This document shows, one piece after another, positions 40,707-51,726 of a stretch of 64,000 nt of DNA. The notes beneath the pieces are model-generated. The model had not been told where the DNA came from and made no database searches. It was given only the letters and a program-made list of their open reading frames with translations. The stretch spans positions 1,612,001 to 1,676,000 of the forward strand of contig NW_027271598.1 of the NCBI RefSeq assembly GCF_040938485.1, read 5' to 3'. The stretch comes from Diadema antillarum (Eukaryota). The position numbers and the translations under genes were made by a program. Each line of letters starts with the position of its first letter. Positions within the stretch are counted from its first letter, which is position 1.

Positions 40707-43327
40707 TCACTTGTAAAGACCAGACAAAAAATCTTTGATGTAATCCCCAACTTCAATGGGCGAATCCTCCTGAATGAAATGCAGTCCAGCCGCATCAACA
40801 ACTTTCTGATTGGGCCAGTGCTCAGTGGTTTTCTTGACGCTCGGGCCAAAGAGACCAGATAGGACATTGATGAACAACTTGGGGAGATTTGCAGACTCAC
40901 TCAGCCAGGCGTAATAAGCTGCAGCAGCTGCAATGACATCCTCGGGACCATCTCCAATGATGGGGATCTGCCTTGCAAACGTCAGGGTTGGGCGTCTGTC
41001 TTCTCCTGGGTTCTTGAAGGGCTCCACGTAGGCCTCCTTCTCCTCCTTCCTAAGCTCCCGCTTGATAAGGCGAGGCATGAGTACTTCCACAAAGGCATTC
41101 TTCTGGAGAACCATCTCCTCCCCTTCGTCGGTGCGGAACACCTTGAAATCGGCATCGGGAAATTCCTCCCAACCGTGATAAGGAGCGACGAGGCTTTCAA
41201 TGTGAACAAGGGCGTCCAGACGATCACGATGTTCATTGCTCCAATGGAAGCCCAGTATGGAGCCCCAGTCATGGCAAACGATGCTGATCTGTAGACAGAG
41301 AAAGCAGACTTAAATGGAGCTACATGTAGTAGTTTTGGTTGAGACCTAACTTCAGGTTTCTAATATTTTGGGGTGAAATAATGAGAAATATCTAATGAAA
41401 TATGAAAGGGGCATGTAATTCCGAGAGGGATTCAACGTTTATTTGATGGAAATCGGTTTTGAAATGGCTGAGATATCAACAACAAAAAAGAGCATTCCTA
41501 ATAAAAAGCTGGACCAATCTTTTATTCCTGGTCGGTTTGTTTTACTTTGCTTTTGGATGTTTCAGTCATTCCAAACCCGATTTTCATCAAATAAACTCTG
41601 AATTCCTCTGAAAATGGTATGCTCTGTATACTATTTCGTAAGTGGTTTCTTGGTACCTCACAAAAAGTTGAAAGCCCAATTCTCATCTCCACCAACCCCT
41701 TTATTCAATTACAACCTCAGTTAGCACATTTTAATTGCCCACCGTGCATTGCCAGTGGATTCTGTCTATTTTTCATCTGAAGTTGAAATAATGACGGACA
41801 ACTTCGTTTACATTTTCATTAATTTTAACTCTTAACCCACAAGCACGAATATTCACATTGTCCTAACACGAATAAGAGTTATTTCATACAATAAGGATAA
41901 TTCTTTTAGTATTTTTTTCCACATATTTATCTGAATCAGATCTTTTTCTTTCCAGTTTCTTCATCACCTCTCTGGTTAAGGCACAATTTATTCTAGACCA
42001 GAAATAACTAGATTTGTTTTAGCTCATTTTTGCAAAACACTTCTCGGGAACAGTTCTCGAACAGTAAATATGCATATATGCAAATGTATGAGATCGCGAT
42101 GTCATCACCTCAAAGTTTTCTTCTGCTTATGTGCAAAACAAACAACTTCAAAATAGCCCTACTTGATATTATATATACATTTCCATAATAATATGGTTAT
42201 GAATGAGTTGATGATTTCATGGCCTCAAAACTATAATAGTGATCAGTAAGAAATATAAATATAATTTTGAATAAAACAAGCTGGAATCAGTTCTTGTCTA
42301 CAAAATATGTGACAAGTTTTGAGGCCATGAAATCATCAACTCATTCATTTCCATATTCATATTGACTATTCGAGAACTTTACTTGTGTAAATCTGTGAAA
42401 ATTCAGAATACTGTGAATTTCCTAATTTCATTTCCTGTTGATCAAATTTTCAGTTGTGCCCTTAAAGCTTATCTATTTCTTTTCAGACATGCTATTCTGA
42501 GCTGTATTATGAACTGGTAACTCAAAAAGGGCAAGAGGTATACTGAACTCACAAAAAGATGCATAAACAAGTAAGATCTCTAACATGTGTAGGGAGCTAC
42601 TGTTTGTGATAACACAAGAGTAGGAATTCACACAGTGAACGACAATTTTTTTTAAACAAGATATATTAGGGTAAAGGATACAAAAATTAACATATTTATC
42701 GTAGTAAGTGCTTTGAGCCATGGTTTATGTATTACGATATAGTGCCGATTTTACATTATAATATACGTACTACTACAGTACTTACAATCTCAGCTTCGGG
42801 GAGGATCAACCGCCTAACTCACACATTAACGAAAGCTAACAAAGAACGAGAGAGAAAATATTATGGAAAAAACGAAACAGCATTTTGAAGAAAAAAAAAT
42901 CACGTTAGTGCTCACTGTTCATTTGTGTTTAAAAAAGTAACCAAACATTCCCTTAAGGAGGCCTACACACCTTTTTAGGCAGGTTAAGCTTGTCAAACCA
43001 GGCAGACAGGAATCTATAGTGATCGACGAAGCGATACGACAGGCTTGCGAGCTTGTTGGATCTGCCCATGCCGATTAGGTCGGGAGCTAGACAACGAGCA
43101 ATAGGCTGAACTTGAGGTACGACGTTCCTCCAGAGGTACGACGAGGTCGGGTTCCCGTGGAGAAACACGACTGCTCGATCACTATCGCGCTGATCGGGGT
43201 CGGAGTCGTAGTACGACATCTGTTCTCCCAAGACGTCCAATTTTTTGCATTTCCCCCACCATTCGTCTGCTGTCACTATTGGTACTGTGGACTGTTGCTG
43301 TGCTGGCGCTCCGTCTGAGGAAGACAT
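40707..43327 (-). CDS. Renilla luciferase-like / haloalkane dehalogenase, copy C; exon 1 43327-42971, exon 2 41288-40707; 312 aa
   Basis: Same motifs and GT-AG intron as copy A. No amino-acid difference seen. Confidence 0.95.
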
Positions 43328-45500
43328 GTCTGACGTAACATTTAAAACGTATGAAAATTGAACGAAAATTGTCAACTTTTCGTGTGTAAGACGATGGTTT
43401 GTCGTTAGGATGTAGATGTGATTTTGTGTCCTCCACCTGCGCTCATAGATCAGTCGCATCCCTTGCCTGGTGTACTAATGTTCCCTGGCCTCTGAGAGCG
43501 GAAGGGGTTAGTTTTGTTCCACCAAGCATAATATGTGAATTACAAGCTTAAATAGTCCGAGAAAGCCCGTTATACGAGTGCATCGTTGCGCGACAGCGTA
43601 CTATACCCTGGGCATCCCAAGTTTAATGGAGCGGCCATCCAGGTATCATGTTTAATCTAAAAAGTAAAAAAAAAAAGTAAGCCATGTAACATTATTCACT
43701 TCTCAAAAGATGATTCAGGGAAATGTTTGTTAGCTGATTTTTTAAGCCCCTGGGAGAAAAGTCTTTCATTCCCTGACTGCAGAATCTGCTGCTGTAGTAG
43801 GTCTACTGCTCATCCTTGCTGATCTTTAGTTGTTGTTTTTTCCAACATTATCAGTAACTTTGTGATTTTCTGTAAGTACTAGTGGCAACATTGTCATTAA
43901 TGTCATCCTTATTATATCCTGGGGGGGGGGGGGGGGGGGAGTAGTCGTCCTTCAGTCTATAATAATCTATTCAATTTCATCCCGATTCAAGTCAAGAGTT
44001 CTCATTATCCGACTTCACTTTAAAGTAAATCTATAACGGCCTTCATGAACTTTACGCCTATATGGCATATTTTGGGCAAGACTCTTTACCGTCTCACGTA
44101 GGGCTTCAATAATTTTATGTCCCTGATTACGGGCTTTACTTTTTATTTGATTTTCCACTTTGATTCAGGTTGTCCATTTAAAAGAATATTCCAGCGCCAG
44201 AGCATTGTCAGGTACCCATCACCATGAAAATACAGTGATATGAAAATGCTTGCGTATCAATAGGCTATCATCTGAGAAAGACCCATCAAATCAACCCAAG
44301 GAGACATGATTATAATGGGAGTGGTCGACAAGGCTTCAGGAGTTGTTGGTCAAAGAGATGGATCCCATACTAATGAGGCCCCAACAAGTAAAATGACATT
44401 CGGTTCTCCTACAAGAATACTACAGCATAGATAGGCCTACATTATCTACATACTCTCCACTTCGTTGACCTTGATTTTTTGACCTACATCGTACATTTTG
44501 CTACAAAATGCTACTTCCGGCGGGGACATTATATTACGCACCACGTAATTTCTACTTTCCTTATTGTTTTTTATTTGTTTTTTGTTTTTGTGTTTGTTTT
44601 TTTGCAACGATTTCCTGGTTTGAAGCAGCAAACACTGTTTTCGCACATACCATCGACACAAACGAAGGTACATGCAGTGATCTTTGCTGAGAGGCTGCCT
44701 GTTTTGGGACTTTCCAGGGTTGCGTGCATGACCCGAGGAGCTCGGGGCGTTCTTTCTCTCGGTACGAGGGCAAAGGCCAACCGTAGGCACCAGGCACGTT
44801 TGGTTACCATTGCATTGTGTCAGACCAGGGATGTGAGACCAAAGTTCTGTGGGGGAGACACCTCCCTGGTATGACGCACCAACCTGCACACCAATTTGCA
44901 CGAAAGCCATACACCTCCCTGACCTGACCTCCTCCTCAACTCTAAACCGTCAGAGTATTATAGAGTACGGCATCTTTTTATTAACTCTCCTCACACCGAC
45001 TGACCTCCCTTGCCTGCAGAGGTTCATATCATCAGCAAAAGGCAATCCAGAAGCTCTAAATATTCCAGTCTTTTCAATAGAATTCTCGATAGTCATTTCA
45101 GTTGAAATAAATGTGCATGTTTACTACAGAGGGCCATGAGACAGCGGCTGATGAGACTGGATAACTTCTGAAAATAGCATCGCCAAGATCGTGCACACTT
45201 TAATGGCTGAGTAGAGCATCATTACTACTTCAATTTATTCTAGCTGAGATGTTAGATCCTGAAATCTTTCATAATGATTCGATTAAGCTGGCTGGCTACA
45301 TTATTGATAGGTTGCTAGGAGTGATAAATCTCAGTGAGAGTACGTGCGCGCTCAAATAAACAGCAGTTACACAGCAAAAGTGTTGCTTCAAAATGGCAAA
45401 TCATTCTCGTGAGTGTGATCTTGTGTGATACAATTATTCATGGGCGTCACCAGGGGGGGGGGGGGGTGCGTTGGGTGCGAACGCACCCCCCTTCAGATCC

Positions 45501-45531
<31 letters not shown>

Positions 45532-46397
45532 TTCAGTCTGCAAGCGACCTCAACGCCGGACGCTAAATGATTATTCTTTTCTATTTTGTTTTTAATTTTG
45601 CACCAGGGACATAAAAAAAAAAATCGTGGGCAAAAACAATTCGCACCCCTAGTTCTGGCAGCACTTATTTCATACATATCTACTAGTATTCTATACAGTG
45701 TTTACTATGTATCGACCGTACTGTACATCCGTACAGTACGGAACACGTACACGTTTGCATGTTCGTGTGCTACTTACAAGTATGTAGGGTCTATGTAGGT
45801 TACTTCTGACCAATCCATATTGCCAGCCCAAGAGCGAGCCCTAAATTAGCCTCATAAAAAAAAAGAATGGAGGGGCAAGCATATCATTTTGCCCCCCCCC
45901 CCCTCCATAATTCCAGAGATGAGAAGATTTTCTTACCTTTTATTTGACAGAAAAAAAAAGTTGCCCCCATAAAAATATTGGAGGGGCAAGCATAATTATT
46001 ATAATTTCGCCCCCCCATAATTAATAATTCCCGAAATGAGAAGATTTTCTTGCTTTTGAAAGAAAAAAAAATGTTGCCCCCATAAGAAATATTGGAAGGC
46101 AATTGCACCATTTGCCCCACCCCACATGCTCATAATTCCCGCGATGAAAAGATTTTCTTGCTTTTTTGTTAGAAATCTGTCCAATTATTTCACCCAAATG
46201 CAGTGGCGTAACTACGGGGAGGGGGGGAGGCGGGAGGGGGAGGGGAGGGGGGGGGGAGGGGGGAGGGGGGGTAAGAAAATCATCTAAGGTAAGAAAATCT
46301 TCTATGATTTCTTTTAACCATGAAATAGGTGTATAGTGTGAAACATTGTTCAAAAAGCCCGGAGCCGACAAAAGATTGTGATTCAGCGTGATTCCTG

Positions 46398-46592
46398 GGG
46401 CCCGTTGCATAAAACTCCAACCAGATTTTTTTTTTCCGGTTGAAATCACAAAATTCCGGTTGGAAGCTCCCAACCAGAGTTTTTATGCAACGGATTTTAC
46501 ATTCTTAGGTTAGCAACCTTAAAAAATTCAGGTTGGGCAAATCCCAACCTGAATTTTCTAAGGTTGCTAAAAAAGTTTTATGCAATGGGACC
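46398..46592. mobile_element. PIF/Harbinger-like MITE nested in the composite element
   Basis: TIRs GGGCCCGTTGCATAAAACT and AGTTTTATGCAATGGGACC. CTG target duplication at 46395-46397 and 46593-46595. Confidence 0.7.
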
Positions 46593-47029
46593 CTGGTTGG
46601 CATCCTGCAAAGCAGTATGTGCGCAGTGTGTACTCAGAATATCCGAACGGCAAAAAGAGTCGCTACAATGTTGCACAATGTGATGTAGAATTTACACCTT
46701 TGTACCTTACGCTTCGTTATATCAAAGCTAGATCATTGATTTTGCAGTGTTGCTTTACATATTTATAGTCTATATAAAAATGTCTTGCATTGCCAATAAA
46801 AAGACTTGACCTTTATGGGCTAATTCCTAACTTTTCCATGTATATAATACACACACACAAACAAACACTCACAATTAGGGGATGCTCTAAAGTGCAGATT
46901 TTGGACATCCTTCCCCCGCTTGGTCACTTCGACGCCACCTCGCTGGTTATACCTCCCCCAGTCATGAACATAAACCGACACCCTTGACTACCAGTGGCGG
47001 ATCCAGGGGGGGGGGGGGGTGCACCGGGC

Positions 47030-48200
47030 GTCCCCCCCCCCCCTCACAATTTCCAAAGCGAAAAAATATAGCTTCAAATGGCAGTTTTTGTCCGCTCGCT
47101 CGCATTTAGTCGTATAATGCCATTGAAGTTGCTGCCAGTAATTGCCGGCAGTTGCACCCGGTGCGCCCCCCCCCCCCCCTCAATTTCCAAAGCAAAAAAA
47201 TATAACTACAAACGGCAGTTTGGGGACTGTAAAATAACACAATTTTCAAGCTCGCTCGCTACCGCTCTCGCATTTAAATTCTCCTGATATTGCTGCCAGT
47301 AATTGCCAGCAGTTGCGCCCGGTGCGCCCCCCCCCCCTTAATTTCGAAAGCAAAAAAAGACATAGCTTCAAACGGCAGTTTTTGGACTGTAAAATGTCAA
47401 AATTTTCGAGCTCGCTCGCATTTCAAATCTTTATGCAATTCTTCTGATGTTACTGGCAGTAAATGTCAGCAGTTGCGCCCGGTGCGCCCCCCCCCCTTAA
47501 TTTCCAAAGCGAAAAAATATAGCTACAAACGGCATTTTTTTTTACTGTAAAATGTCAAAATTTTCAAGCTCGCTCTCTTCGCTCGCTCGCATTTAATCGT
47601 TTTGCAATTCACCTGATGTTGCTGCCAGTAATTGCCAGCAGTTCCGCCCGGTGCGCCCCCCCCCCCTTAATTTCCAAAGCGAAAAGATATGGCTAAGAAC
47701 GGCAGTTTTTGGACTGTGAAATGTAAGATTTTCAAGCTCGCTCGCTCGCATTAATAATAATCGTTATGCTCTCCTGATATTGCTGCCAGTAATTGCCAGC
47801 AGTTGCGGTCGATGCGGCCCCCCCCCCTTAAATTCCAAAGCGAAAATATATAGCTAAAAACGTCATTTTTTTTTTTTTTACTGTGATGTGTTAAAATTTT
47901 CCAGCTCGCTCGCTACGCTCGCTCGCATTTAATTGTTATGCCATTCTCCTGATGTTGCTGCCAGTTATTGCCGGCAGTTGCGCCCGGTGCGCCCCCCTTT
48001 ATTTCCAAAGCGAAAAAAATATGTCTCCAAATGGCAGTTTTGGGACTGTAAAATGTCAAACTTTTCAAGCTCGCTCTCTTCGCTCGCTCGCATTTAATTG
48101 TTATGCCATTCACCCGATGTTGCTGCCAGTAATTACCAGCAGTTGCACCCGGTGCGCCCCCCCCCCCCCTAATTTCCAAAGCAAAAAAAAAAAAAAAAAA
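47030..48200. repeat. ~165-bp minisatellite, about 7 units
   Basis: Recurring GCAGTTGCGCCCGGTGCGCCCCCC anchors at ~47150, 47310, 47470, 47640, 47800, 47975 and 48140, with homologous sequence between them. Confidence 0.85.
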
Positions 48201-49014
48201 TGACTGTTTCAAGTCGATAAAACATGCAAAAAACTTGCATCAAATTATTTACTATTTACAACATCAAAATGCAAAAAGTGCTCACCGTGGGAGGGGGACA
48301 CCCACATCCTCCCACTAGCTCACTCTTATCGCTCTTGCTTGGCCGCGTTCATGATATTCAGTGTAAATATTAAAACAGGAAGTTTATTTGGATGATACTA
48401 TTTTACGGGCAAATTGTTCATTAATAATCTACATCAAAATTTACTGCTACCTTAAACAAGTGGGACTGTTTCAAGTCGATAAAACAAGCAAAACATGCAT
48501 CAAATTGCACCATTTACAACATCAAAATGCAATTTCAGTTCTAAGAGTGGGAGGAGGGGGGGGGGGACAACAGGTACTTCTACATCCTCCTCCTCCCCCC
48601 CCCCCCCCCCAAAGATAAAATCCTAGCTACGCCGGGGTGCCCTTTCCCCGCTTGGTTTCCCTAAAAAAACAGTAAAAGTCTAGGGATTGAGAGCTTCCTA
48701 TCATATTCCAAATGTCTGTCCAAAAAATCTCGTTACATTTTAGTGTCAAAACGCACCCCCCTTGAAAAAAAGCTGGTGACGCCCCTGTTATTGCACTGCT
48801 AAGCAACGAAACTCAAGTAGGTAACAGATATGAACAATTCTTCAGTGGACCAACAATAAAAGGAAACCGACTGACACTTTCATGGAAGATCTACGCAAAT
48901 AAAATATTCGATCTCAATGAAACCCTGGACCCAAATATTTTCATGAAGGGCACACGGGAAAAACGCGTACCTTTCCGTCGTATACCATCATTTTCTTGTA
49001 GAAACCATGGTGTA

Positions 49015-49644
49015 AAACCCCCGGTCGCAAAGCGCTTTACGGCTTATGCACGGCCAAAACACGTCAAAAAGTGGTCTCCCGTGAAGCAGACGATGTTGTT
49101 CGCGTTGATGTTAAGTTTAAGGCGAGCTACGGTAGATTTATAGACTGGCAGGACGCGGGGAAAATTCTGAACAGCGTCGGACGCGGTAAAAAGTTTTGAT
49201 CTGCTCAAAATTTTATTCCGCGGACAACCACGGGAGGCACACGTGGTAAAGACGTGCAACACACGTGAAACACACGTGATGATCCGTGTTCCGGCAGTGA
49301 TTAAAACTTGGGGAGACGCGGTAAAGACGCGAAAGTTTAGCGATCTGTCACGGGCAGAGCACGGTCATCTGACTCCTGTTACGCGTTGGTATCACGGGAA
49401 ATAGCGTGTGTTTAGCGGCTTATCGCTGACAAATGGATTTTTCCGCGTACACACACGTGGCTGGACGTGGTCAGCCGTGCCTAGGAAGTGCTTCAGCAGT
49501 GGAACAGTCGCCAACGGCCATACCCCGTATAAAGCACGACCAAACCAAAATTGACCAAAAACTTACCACTTACTACCACGTCCACCAAATTTTCATAACT
49601 TTTTGTACGTGATTTGGACGTGGAGTGCTGTGTGACCGGGGCTT
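49015..49644. mobile_element. Intact ~630-bp TA-flanked MITE
   Basis: Imperfect TIRs AAACCCCCGGTCGCAAAGCGCT vs reverse complement AAGCCCCGGTCACACAGCACT. TA on both sides (49013-49014, 49645-49646). The flanks rejoin into sequence homologous to 1620-1700. Confidence 0.75.
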
Positions 49645-50898
49645 TAGCAATCTATAGAAGCTATTCAAACTTTATCGAAATTTGTCTTTAGAAGCCTGGA
49701 ATATGCGGATATTGCCTTCAATTTTGTCTGCATACTGACGGTCATATTAACGCACATGTATCAAATCAGTTGTGAGATTTTGTGCTTTATGGTCAGCTAT
49801 AGCATTTTCCTGTCAATGAATATTACACATTTGATCTTGGATGCAGCAGGTATTTTTTTCATTCCTTTTTCTGATGAACGCCGTTGCCAATCATGTGTGT
49901 CATTTATGAAGGTTACGATATACAATAAAGAAAACTAGTACCCTATGACACAGCATAAACCTCTTATGTTCTCCACCTTGTAATTGCGACATTGCGTGCG
50001 TTAGAATAAAGTATCAAAGTATATTAGACACTGATTATGAGATAACAAGACTTTTTGCAACAGGTTATTATATACGAAAACATCTTTGGTTATTTGCACA
50101 GCGGCGCGTGAGCAATTAAGTACCGTTTCTTTCAAAGTAGGCCTACGCGACTAACTTTTTACGTGAGTCAGGGTAATTAATCGATGACTAGAGTTGTTAT
50201 CGTAATATGATAACTCGTAATGATAAATGACAGTCAAAAGGCCATAATCATCAACACAATGATAAACTTTCATACTTTTTCACCATTGGAGAGAACGATG
50301 TATGGGGCTTAGGACCTAAGATACTCGACTCAAGTATCTTCGGCTTGCGTGGTTGAAATGATTGAAGCATGACACAATTAAATCATTGTTTCAGTGTACT
50401 TTATTTCAACAAACACGCAAGTTTCAATGTTAATGATTAAAGGGGACCTCCGGAAGATTTTCAGGGGATTTTCACGTGTCAACATCTATGAATAAGTTAT
50501 ACAGAGTACAGAGTTTCAGAATTTATAGTGACTGGGATGGGGAATGATAATGTTTTTAAAATTTTTAACAAATTGCAATAAACAAGGATGATGACATGGC
50601 ACCCTCACCATAAGAATGCATGAGTTAGGGCTCGAGGAAGCAGAACAAAAGAAGAAGACATGCATAGATTCTACGCAGGTGAACTTGTCAAGCCAGCGGT
50701 ATTGTAATGGAATTACATTTCGGAAATATGTGAGGCTACTATGTCATCAACACTGTTCAGTGTAATTTGTTTACGATTTTCAGATTATTGGTTTCTCTGC
50801 TCAAGGGCCACAATAAATTCCACAAGTCTATACATGGAGCTGTTGATTTATGCACTTCATGATGTGAGATGATGAAAATCGTCTGGATGCCCCTTTAA

Positions 50899-51280
50899 AG
50901 GGATAGTACAGTATTTGTGGAGATGAGAATTGGGCTTTTAACTTTTTGCGAGATACCAAGAAAACACTTATGATATAGTACAGAGCATACCATTTTAAGA
51001 GGAATTCAAAGTTTATTTGATGAAAATCGGGTTTGGAATGACTGTAACATCCAAAAACAAAGTGAAACAAAGGGATCGCAATAAAGTGTGGGTCCCACAC
51101 TTTATTACAATCGCTCTTTTTTGGATATCTCAGCCATTTCAAAACCAATTTTCATCAAATAAACGTTGAATTCCTCATAGAAGTACATGCTCTTTCATAT
51201 TTCATAAGAGGCTTCTCATTATCTCACCAAAAGATGTTAGAAACCTGAAATTAGGTCTCAACCAAAACTATACAATCCCT
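50899..51280. mobile_element. Kolobok-like non-autonomous DNA transposon (382 bp)
   Basis: TTAA duplications at 50895-50898 and 51281-51284. TIRs AGGGATAGTACAGTATTTG vs reverse complement AGGGATTGTATAGTTTTG. Confidence 0.75.
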
Positions 51281-51726
51281 TTAACACAATGATGTACTCT
51301 GATGGGCTACCAACAATACACAAGAAGCGAGAAGTAAAATTCGCCATCGCAGGGAGCGAGGTGGGGTGACGATTGGGGTGGGGGGGGGGATGGGGGTGAG
51401 GTCTGCGTTTGGGTAAAAATCTTATTACTTCGGCCGTAAACACAAACAGGTCAGGTTCTGATCAAGGATTGGTATCGTTTCTTCTCGAATGGGAGCGTGA
51501 GATACTGTAAAATGTAAATGCTCGAGTCTCATGGTCAATAAGTGACAGTCATGCTGAGGCTGGAATAGGCCTACAATTTACATATATCTGTAAGTTTGTT
51601 CATTTTTTTTAAGGAATATCTGCAATTAGATTCTGACTGTGTACGGCAAAGCATTAGAATACAAGGCAATTTGGTATGACATCTTGCCACATTCGACTAG
51701 TCCTCATTACTTCATACAACTGTGAT

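Larger units (their letters stand above)
45439..48787. mobile_element. Composite non-autonomous DNA transposon (3,349 bp) with CA(T/G)GGGCGTCACCAG TIRs and a 5-bp TSD; hAT-like ends, superfamily uncertain
   Basis: Left CATGGGCGTCACCAG, right CTGGTGACGCCCCTG. TTATT duplicated at 45434-45438 and 48788-48792. Empty site GATACAATTATTGCAC in units A and B. No transposase ORF seen. Confidence 0.85.
33970..49628. repeat. Tandem unit C (15,659 bp including a 3.35-kb insertion and a 724-bp deletion); right end of the array
   Basis: Collinear with A. Interrupted at 45439-48787 and resumes with TTATTGCACTGC. After 49628 the MITE continues to its natural end instead of into a new unit. Confidence 0.93.

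Noticed and set aside
46216-46271. G-quadruplex-forming tract as a regulatory element
   Set aside because: It lies inside a non-autonomous transposon where G-runs are common, far from any promoter. No evidence of function.
47030-48200. CRISPR-like array
   Set aside because: The units are homologous along their whole length (no unique spacers), there are no cas genes, and the context is eukaryotic. It is a minisatellite.
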